Origin: a virus
Length of the DNA: 64,000 bases
Reading direction: 5' to 3' (one strand)
IMG/VR virus record: IMGVR_UViG_3300025117_000031
Coordinates: 1-64,000 of that record
A model generated the notes under the pieces. The model made no database searches. It was not told the DNA's origin and worked only from the letters and a program-made list of their open reading frames with translations. A program made the translations under genes and the position numbers. Positions 56,922 to 64,000 of this stretch are shown here, piece after piece; the stretch's first letter is position 1; every line of letters begins with the position of its first letter.

Positions 56922-57746
56922 CTAATCAATTGTAAATTTCTTCTCGAAAAAATCTCCACAATTACATTTCTCTTTGAAGTATTTTTTTGCATCCTCATTA
57001 AACCAATCAAAAATCCAATTATTAATAAGCTTTTCAAAAGTAGATTTGTCTAATCCGCCAAGACCTTCACAGTAATGCCACACTCTAATTTCCTTATTAT
57101 CAAAAGTAAAAAGTCTGTCATCGGACACAAACATTTTCTTTGTATATTGCCCCCAAGGTTTCTGTCCAGGCGCTGCTACAACGTTACCCTTTGCCCTTGC
57201 GTTATAAACGATTTTAGAGTCTTGATAGGGATGTTCTACAATGTTATATGCAAACCCATATTCTTTTTTCCAAACAACTTCATTTAATGCTCCTTGCTCG
57301 TTATATTCTTTATGCAAAGGTGCTAATTCTATTATTTTTCTTACGGCTTCTGGTGAAGTAAAACAAACGACATCGGCATTTAGGTGAGTTTCTTTGTCAG
57401 GAGAACAAACTCTAGGAGAAACATATTGATAAGGGTAACATAGTGTTGGTAAAATGTCAAAATTATCTTTTTCTAAAAACTCCTCTAATCTGCTGCAAGT
57501 TATTGTATCCGCACCAAGAAGAATAATTTTTTCATACCCCTTTTCAAAAAGTTGCAAAGCAATACTTAGCCTTGAAACATTTGCTCCGCCCGAAACATTC
57601 CAAAGAGACAAATCTGTTACATAAAACAAATCTATATCAGAATGAAAAGCAAGAAAGCTGTTTTTAGCGCATTCACCAAGTTTTTCATAGTTTTTACCGG
57701 AAGCTACAATTAGACAACAAGTCTTCAACACTTTGCTACCCACCAA
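56922..57746 (-). CDS. Glycosyltransferase-like protein
   Basis: LGADT, NADVV, EQGALN; located in the sugar cluster. Confidence 0.6.
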   Translation of the reverse strand: MVGSKVLKTCCLIVASGKNYEKLGECAKNSFLAFHSDIDLFYVTDLSLWNVSGGANVSRLSIALQLFEKGYEKIILLGADTITCSRLEEFLEKDNFDILPTLCYPYQYVSPRVCSPDKETHLNADVVCFTSPEAVRKIIELAPLHKEYNEQGALNEVVWKKEYGFAYNIVEHPYQDSKIVYNARAKGNVVAAPGQKPWGQYTKKMFVSDDRLFTFDNKEIRVWHYCEGLGGLDKSTFEKLINNWIFDWFNEDAKKYFKEKCNCGDFFEKKFTID

Positions 57747-58702
57747 TTAAACTTAGATTTATAAAAAGAGACTATATGTTTAATTTCCTTTGAAAACTCT
57801 TTTTTGGGGGTCCACCCCAAAGCCCTAAGTTTTTCATCGTTTAAAGAATATCTCATATCTTGTCCTTGACGCATTAAAGAATCGTCAATATAATCAGAAA
57901 AATTAATTTGTCCTTTCGATAAGTTAAAATAACAAGAAAGTATATTTTCTACTGTTGTTAAGTTGGACAATTCGCAACTTCCGGCGATGTTGTATATTTG
58001 ATTTTTTATGTCTGAGCTAAGAATTGTAAATATTGCGTCAGCAGTATCTTGTACATGAAGCCAGCTTCGTATAGGAGTTCCCTTATTGTGAAGTTTTGTT
58101 TTACGTCCTCTAACTAGGTTATAAACAGTAATCGGAATAAGTTTTTCCGGATATTGATGAGTGCCGTAATTATTTGTCGGACGAACGATTACATAATTTA
58201 GATTATAGGTTCTAGACCAAGCCAGAACAAGCATATCTGCTGCTGCTTTAGCTGCTGAATAAGGATTCGAAGGTTTTAACAAATCCGTCTCTACGTGTTT
58301 ACCTTCGGCTATATCTCCATAAACCTCGTCACTCGAAACGTGACAAAAAAGAGGGACATCTACACAATTCGAGTTTTTATATCTCAGCACTTCAAGTAAG
58401 TTCCTAACTCCTAAAATGTTACTGTTGATGAAATTGTCACTATTTGCTATAGAATTTTCCACATGGCTTTCTGCTGCAAAATTAACAATATAGTCGCAAT
58501 CTGGTATAAACGTAATATCTTTAATGTCTTTTTGCTCAAAGACAAAATTTTGGTAATTTAGAAATTCTTGCAAAACATCTAAATTTGCAGCATAAGTTTT
58601 CTTGTCTATACCATACACAAGCCATCCGAGATTTAGACATTTCCTAGTGAAGTGAGAACCAATAAAACCAAGACATCCAGTTACATATACTATTTTTTTC
58701 AT
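57725..58702 (-). CDS. rmlB: dTDP-glucose 4,6-dehydratase
   Basis: TGCLGFIGS, FAAESHV, SDEVYG, NPYSAAKA, NNYG..QYPEKLIP. Confidence 0.9.
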   Translation of the reverse strand: MKKIVYVTGCLGFIGSHFTRKCLNLGWLVYGIDKKTYAANLDVLQEFLNYQNFVFEQKDIKDITFIPDCDYIVNFAAESHVENSIANSDNFINSNILGVRNLLEVLRYKNSNCVDVPLFCHVSSDEVYGDIAEGKHVETDLLKPSNPYSAAKAAADMLVLAWSRTYNLNYVIVRPTNNYGTHQYPEKLIPITVYNLVRGRKTKLHNKGTPIRSWLHVQDTADAIFTILSSDIKNQIYNIAGSCELSNLTTVENILSCYFNLSKGQINFSDYIDDSLMRQGQDMRYSLNDEKLRALGWTPKKEFSKEIKHIVSFYKSKFNWWVAKC

Positions 58703-58715
58703 TTTTTCAAATTTC

Positions 58716-60053
58716 CTATATCGTATACTCTTTTTCAAAGAAGAACTCATTAACACATTTGGAAATATACTTTAGTTTTTCCTCATTAATACCAGCAAAT
58801 GTGCCCAAGAAGAAAGAATCTTTCGTTGCTTTGTAGGCGTTAGGAAATTCACCTTTTAAGTCATTGCCTTCATATAAATGATTGTATCCAGGGTGTGCTA
58901 AGATATTGCCGCTAAAGTAACTTCTTGTTTGAATTTTCTTACTTTCTAGGAATTGGACAAATTCTTCTTTTGTAAAGAGTTTATTGTCTTTAACCGTAAG
59001 CAAAAAGGCGAACCAACAAGGGTCAGAATTTGGTTCTGCAACAGGAAGCATGAAATAATCTTGATATTTTGAAAAAATATTATACAAAGACTTATGGTTG
59101 TCTCTTCTTGCTTGGTCTAAAAGCGGAAGCTTTTTAATTTGTTCTAACAACAAAGCTCCTTGTACTTCTATTGGCTTTAGGTTATAACCTATTTCTTCGA
59201 AAACATATCTGTGGTCATAAGTAAGCTCTGGGAATCCGGGCAACCAGTTTCTATGTCTATTTTTGCAAGCAGCTCCGGAGGTAACGTTCCCAGGGGTTTT
59301 TGTATTGCAAAAACAGCCTCGTCCCCAGTCTCGTAAAGAAGTAACAACTTTTTGTATATTTATATCATCTGTTGCAACAAAGCCACCCTCTCCTCCGGAA
59401 CAGTGGTGCGCTGGAAACAAAGAACACGTCGACATAATCCCAAAACTACCTAAAAGGCGTCCATCATAAGTTCCACCCAAAGCATCGCAGGAATCTTCGA
59501 AGAATAATAAATTATATTTATTTACTAATTCCATTACTCTTTTCATATTTGGTGGATTTCCCAAAACATGAGCAAACATAAAAGCTTTAATAGACGGGTC
59601 TTTCTTTAATAGTTCTTCTGTTTGGTCTAGATTCAAATTTAGACTTGGCAAATCAACATCCACAAAGACGGGGATAAATCCGTTTTGTATAATGGGGTTA
59701 AGAGTTGTTGGGAAACATACAACAGGAGTAAGAATTTTATCTCCTTCTTGTAGAAGATTTAGACTTTTTGACTTTGCTGCCACTAACATCAATAGATTAG
59801 CGGAGCTTCCGCTATTAACAAGTGTACCAAGCCTTTTGCCCAGAAAGGCAGGAAAGATTTTTTCAAACTCTCTTGCTTTGGGTCCGAAAATAAGCCATTC
59901 GTCTAACAGTGTATCAACTGCAGCTACATACTCTTTTTCGTCATATTGAGGGCCAGAATAAGAAATCCAATCCCCTTCTTTCCAAGCTTCGTTTGCGTGC
60001 TTTTCTTTAATATATTTTGCAACTAAATCTAAGATTTCATTTTTTGTTGTCAT
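58716..60053 (-). CDS. rfbH: CDP-4-keto-6-deoxyglucose 3-dehydratase (RfbH/DdhC-like)
   Basis: NSGSSANL, EDSCDALG, FPAHH (His in place of the PLP Lys), RDWGRGCFC, YDHRY..GYNLK. Confidence 0.88.
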   Translation of the reverse strand: MTTKNEILDLVAKYIKEKHANEAWKEGDWISYSGPQYDEKEYVAAVDTLLDEWLIFGPKAREFEKIFPAFLGKRLGTLVNSGSSANLLMLVAAKSKSLNLLQEGDKILTPVVCFPTTLNPIIQNGFIPVFVDVDLPSLNLNLDQTEELLKKDPSIKAFMFAHVLGNPPNMKRVMELVNKYNLLFFEDSCDALGGTYDGRLLGSFGIMSTCSLFPAHHCSGGEGGFVATDDINIQKVVTSLRDWGRGCFCNTKTPGNVTSGAACKNRHRNWLPGFPELTYDHRYVFEEIGYNLKPIEVQGALLLEQIKKLPLLDQARRDNHKSLYNIFSKYQDYFMLPVAEPNSDPCWFAFLLTVKDNKLFTKEEFVQFLESKKIQTRSYFSGNILAHPGYNHLYEGNDLKGEFPNAYKATKDSFFLGTFAGINEEKLKYISKCVNEFFFEKEYTI

Positions 60054-60708
60054 TGTTGTTCTCATAATAAGATAATAGCTTATCTTTTTTAAATAAATTT
60101 TCTTTTGCCCACAAAGGTTGTAGGTTAGTAAAGTGAAAACATTCTTTTTGTTGTTCTGGAATAGTTAAATCAAAAGCGGCACACGGTTTAATGTGGTCGA
60201 TGTGCCACCCATATAAACCATGATTATCCCAAGACATTCCTTCTTTAAATTGAGACTCAAGGTGTTGGCGCAAGTATTCTATAGAACAACCCAAAAGTTC
60301 TATGGACTTAAAGGCTTTTTTTGCATATTTATAATAAAGTGCGCTATTAATTCTATTTCGTAAAATTTGTTGGATTTTAAAATTTAAGGAAGATATTCTT
60401 TGTTGTTTTTGGTATTGCTTCTTGTATTCGCGTCTTTCTTCTTTGTGTAGTTCTCTCCATTCTTTTGAAGATGCTAATTCCTTTGCACGATGTTTCCAAT
60501 ATTGTTGTTTTCTGTATTCTCGACTTTTCTCAGGACTTTTCTGTCTTGCTATTTTTCTTGTATTGTTTATGTGTTCACGGTTGTTTCTGGCATATTCTAA
60601 TTGACATGCCTTGCATTTAGATATTCTTCCGCAGGGTCTGTCTTTTCTTTTAGAAAAACTATCAATTGGTTTTGTTTGTTTACATTTAGAACAAATTTTA
60701 TTCATCAT
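60037..60708 (-). CDS. HNH endonuclease inserted in the sugar operon
   Basis: CSKCK..CKAC; GMSWDNHG..GWHIDHIKP..NLQPLWAKEN. Confidence 0.88.
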   Translation of the reverse strand: MMNKICSKCKQTKPIDSFSKRKDRPCGRISKCKACQLEYARNNREHINNTRKIARQKSPEKSREYRKQQYWKHRAKELASSKEWRELHKEERREYKKQYQKQQRISSLNFKIQQILRNRINSALYYKYAKKAFKSIELLGCSIEYLRQHLESQFKEGMSWDNHGLYGWHIDHIKPCAAFDLTIPEQQKECFHFTNLQPLWAKENLFKKDKLLSYYENNNDNKK

Positions 60709-61765
60709 TTAAAAATATTTCCTTGTAGGGGACTGGAATTTTCTTATTGTATGTCTTTATAAGAACTTTTTTGATGAATTTTTTGTTAGAAGCACATAAA
60801 CATCCAAATTTTTTTTCATAATTAAACCATTTATTTTTAAGAATACGATTAAGAATAATTTTTAATGATTCTTCTCGCAAGTTTCCAAAAGAAATGTGTA
60901 AATACGGACAACATTGGACATCACCAAATTGTGTCACACTAATTATGCGCTTGCCCGCAATACATCCAACGTCTAGACCATAAGAAGGAGTTAGATGTGT
61001 AAAAACGTCATATTTTTTACCCAATTCCTCTAAATATTTTTCATCATCTTCGTTGATCAATAAATCAAATCTTCCTTCGTATGCCCCCACTGGTTTAGCA
61101 AAAGAAACATATGTTCCAACTTCTTTTTGTTTTGCAAATTCTAGAAAATCAATCAGCTCTTGTGAGTGCACTCTTTCTTTCCACACAACGGTCGAAAGAA
61201 TGACGTGCAAATCAGCTTTTTTACATGCTTCGATGGCATCAACGGCTCGTTGCCAAGAACCCGGTTGTCGACGAAATTCATCATGACTTTTCGAGTCAGC
61301 CCCATCTAAGCTTAATTGTATTTTATCTACACCGATGGACTTTAAGTGTTTAGCCCTTTCGTAATCTAAAAACCATCCGTTTGTATCTGAGACGATAAAA
61401 AATTTATTAGGATCAACAGCTTCCACAATTTGATCAAAATCTTTAAAAGTTAAAGGCTCCCCTCCTGTAATAACAAAATTAGCTAAACCTAGTTCGTGAG
61501 CCTGTTTTGAAAGTTCTTTTATATCTGGAATGGTGAATTTTCTTTTTCCTAAATTATTCTCTTTGTGTTGAAATTTTTCTATACAACAATGTTCACATCT
61601 AAAATTACAAGCGTAATTGTATTGAAATTGAATTATTGCGATACTTTCACCTTTCGCTACCTTTTCTGGGTATTTCATTACCTTTTCATAAACCAAAGGT
61701 TTATGTTCTTTAAGCCAATTTTGTCTTTCTTGCTCGTTGTTTTTTGTTTTACCGAATTGTGTCAT
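60698..61765 (-). CDS. Radical SAM protein with a SPASM/twitch-like tail
   Basis: CNFRCEHC, TGGEP, GCIAG...GDVQCCP. Confidence 0.9.
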   Translation of the reverse strand: MTQFGKTKNNEQERQNWLKEHKPLVYEKVMKYPEKVAKGESIAIIQFQYNYACNFRCEHCCIEKFQHKENNLGKRKFTIPDIKELSKQAHELGLANFVITGGEPLTFKDFDQIVEAVDPNKFFIVSDTNGWFLDYERAKHLKSIGVDKIQLSLDGADSKSHDEFRRQPGSWQRAVDAIEACKKADLHVILSTVVWKERVHSQELIDFLEFAKQKEVGTYVSFAKPVGAYEGRFDLLINEDDEKYLEELGKKYDVFTHLTPSYGLDVGCIAGKRIISVTQFGDVQCCPYLHISFGNLREESLKIILNRILKNKWFNYEKKFGCLCASNKKFIKKVLIKTYNKKIPVPYKEIFLNDE

Positions 61766-63416
61766 AAACTTCCCTCAAGGTTGGCATTAAATAACCATAT
61801 GTACTATATAAATGTTGAGACTCGGAGTTGTTGTTTAACAACTCTTGAATCTTTGTTTTTAGTTTTTCTTCTTCTAAGATGTTTCTTTCTTTAATTGCGA
61901 TTTGTCTTAGATTTTCTAAGGCAAAAATCTGCGCAGGATATAGCTCAGATACCCTACTGTAGAGTTTTTTTGCTTTTTCGTTTTCACCGTCAACTATGCA
62001 TTTATTTTTTATAAAGTTACAATATAAGTTGGCATACTCTCTTAGAGCATTAATCTCTTCCGAAGTCGTCCACGGAGTATCAAAATTTCTATGATTGAGC
62101 AAATTTTGACCCCAAAACTCTGGGCTAGATTTAATAAATCCCAAATTAGAAAATTGTTCGTACATATTTGAACCAACTACAGGCAAAGCTATTGCAAACT
62201 GTGTCCAATCGGGTCTTAGAACATTGTTTATTGTTTCGATAGTTTTCTTCATTTCATCTAAAGTTTCATTTGGAAATCCAAAAATTATATTGATTGTAAC
62301 AATTAAGCCCCGATTTTGGGAATAGCGAATTAATTTTTGTGCCTTTTCTAAACTAATTTTCTTTTTTATTGTTTGTTGTGTTTTTCGCTCGGTTGCCTCT
62401 ACTGGGAAAGAGATAACTGCTGGTTTTGTATATTTAATTATATCGTCAATCATTTTTGTTGTAGTTGCATTTATATTTACTGCTTGGGAAAAAGAGGTTC
62501 TAAGTTCTGGGATTTCTAGCTTTGAAATTGCAGATAAAAGTTCTTTTGTCCTTTTTTCTGTCGGCAGCGCCAAATCATCGAAAATACTCAAGTAATTGAT
62601 ATTATATTTTTTGTATAGTTCTAATACTTCTTCTGTTATTTTTTCTGTTTTCCGTAATCTCATTTTTCTACCACTAATGTTATTAGCAGCGCAAAAAATA
62701 CACTGGAAAGGACAGCCACGAGAGGTCAAAATCGTAGCAGCTTTAGTTTTACCCTCTGTTTGATTATTAAATCCGTCCCAAAAAAGTTGGGAACCATCGG
62801 TATCTAAATAAAACTCGGTGTCAATTAAACCCCAATCCGGAAACGGTAAAGAATCTAAATCTTGAATTGGATTAGTACGAGAAAAAGTCTTATCTATTTT
62901 GTCTGAAAAATGGATACCTTTTAAAGTCTCTAAGTATTCTTTTTTATTTAAATTAGTAATTAGGCTGTAAAAAGCTTCCTCACCCTCTCCTGCAATCACA
63001 TAATCAACATGTTTGTTTTTTAAAACCTCTTCTATTGCGTTTGTCGCAGTATGTCCTCCGACAACAACAGTTGTTGTTGGCCAAAGCTTTTTTAAAATCG
63101 GTAGCATTAGATTAAAAAATTCGTAAGAGGTTGTCATTGTTAGCGAAATGGCTAAAACATCTGGTTCTATTCCACAGGCGGTTGATACTGCAACTGAGGA
63201 AATTATTTCCTCTATCGGTTTGCTTTGTTTAAAGTTTGTTGCAAAATAATCTATACAACGTACAACGTTGGCACAGCCTTGCTTTTTTAAAAAAGAAGAA
63301 AGATATAAAATACCAAAGGGGAAAACTTTGATTAAACGATTTCTATCTTTTTGGTCTTGTAGTTTCTGAAGCGGGATACTTGGCAGATTAACAAAGAAAA
63401 CATTTAATTTTTTCAT
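61749..63416 (-). CDS. Cobalamin-binding radical SAM protein
   Basis: PFGILYL, VGGHTAT, GEGE, SRGCPFQCIFC, GFPNET. Confidence 0.9.
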   Translation of the reverse strand: MKKLNVFFVNLPSIPLQKLQDQKDRNRLIKVFPFGILYLSSFLKKQGCANVVRCIDYFATNFKQSKPIEEIISSVAVSTACGIEPDVLAISLTMTTSYEFFNLMLPILKKLWPTTTVVVGGHTATNAIEEVLKNKHVDYVIAGEGEEAFYSLITNLNKKEYLETLKGIHFSDKIDKTFSRTNPIQDLDSLPFPDWGLIDTEFYLDTDGSQLFWDGFNNQTEGKTKAATILTSRGCPFQCIFCAANNISGRKMRLRKTEKITEEVLELYKKYNINYLSIFDDLALPTEKRTKELLSAISKLEIPELRTSFSQAVNINATTTKMIDDIIKYTKPAVISFPVEATERKTQQTIKKKISLEKAQKLIRYSQNRGLIVTINIIFGFPNETLDEMKKTIETINNVLRPDWTQFAIALPVVGSNMYEQFSNLGFIKSSPEFWGQNLLNHRNFDTPWTTSEEINALREYANLYCNFIKNKCIVDGENEKAKKLYSRVSELYPAQIFALENLRQIAIKERNILEEEKLKTKIQELLNNNSESQHLYSTYGYLMPTLREVYDTIR

Positions 63417-64000
63417 TTAATCCTCTTTAGTTCGTTTTTTTCTATTTGTAGCAATACACAACTAAAATCTTTCCAGTGCTTTTGTAATCTATTTACCATT
63501 TCTTGGTTGTAGCTTCCGCCAATAAAAACAAGGTAATCAACTTCGTGTAAAGGTGTTGTTAAAAACTGCTCAAAAGAAACAATAGGAATATTCGTTACTG
63601 GTGTATGATTTCCTTGTTTAGAGGGTGCATCGTCTATGACACAAACGATTTTGTTTTTTTCCTCTTCTGGTAAGAAGGAGAGAAAAGAAAACGATTGATG
63701 TCCCGCACCATAAACTGCCACTTTCGTATTAGTATATTTGGTTTTTTCTTTAAAGGAATCAATGAATTTTTCTTTTTCTTGTTCGAACTCTTCCTGCAAA
63801 GAAACAGTCTTGTTTTTTTTCACAATAAAGGAGAGAACATAGCCATCTTTTATAACACTTTTTTCTAAAACATCCCATCCGTGTAACTTTAGTAAATAAC
63901 TAAACGTTTCTTTGGTAAAATAAAATATATGTTCATTCATAAATTCAGAATACAATTTGTTTTTTAAAATCATGTCAAAATTTGGAACTTCTATAATCCC
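63413..64000 (-). CDS. Sugar C-methyltransferase-like protein (C-terminal part; runs off the window)
   Basis: EVPNF..EHIFYFT, YGAGHQ, IDD.PSKQG..TP. Confidence 0.7.
   Translation of the reverse strand, partial: GIIEVPNFDMILKNKLYSEFMNEHIFYFTKETFSYLLKLHGWDVLEKSVIKDGYVLSFIVKKNKTVSLQEEFEQEKEKFIDSFKEKTKYTNTKVAVYGAGHQSFSFLSFLPEEEKNKIVCVIDDAPSKQGNHTPVTNIPIVSFEQFLTTPLHEVDYLVFIGGSYNQEMVNRLQKHWKDFSCVLLQIEKNELKRIK

Noticed and set aside
1-64000. Stop-codon recoding suggested by the TCA/TTA-like anticodons
   Set aside because: Conserved genes are full length in code 11 and end in TAA, TAG and TGA

Overview
Accessory region of a large (jumbo/huge-type) tailed bacteriophage; no capsid, tail or core replisome genes are visible. 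It has dense, mostly AT-rich ORFs with sigma70-type promoters. Genes run mainly on + up to ~26.2 kb and mainly on - afterwards, with a GC-rich early-gene-like island and a low-complexity block at ~21.5-25.3 kb. Main observations: (1) A Cas12f-like effector (9900-11327) followed by a structured tracrRNA-like RNA and a 5-repeat array whose 28-bp repeats and 61-bp period are type I-E-like. The tracr loop and anti-repeat are complementary to this repeat, and no cas1/cas2 is present in the window. (2) An IS607-type TnpB bounded by inverted repeats with no transposase, plus four dispersed mini-copies (~195-280 bp) that keep only the promoter end and the omegaRNA end. (3) Four dispersed ankyrin cassettes built from near-identical 93-bp units that vary almost only at binding-surface codons. 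(4) A Ro60/TROVE gene flanked by four Y-RNA-like genes, one a circularly permuted tRNA mimic, within an RNA-repair and translation toolkit (RNA ligase, Thg1, Pth2, SpoU, nucleotidyltransferase, several atypical tRNAs). (5) A J-domain-kinase/vWA/PurA triad, a 7-member tandem paralog array, HNH endonucleases, nucleotide-metabolism genes and a nucleotide-sugar/radical-SAM cluster. All calls come from motif reading by eye; no database searches or folding programs were run.
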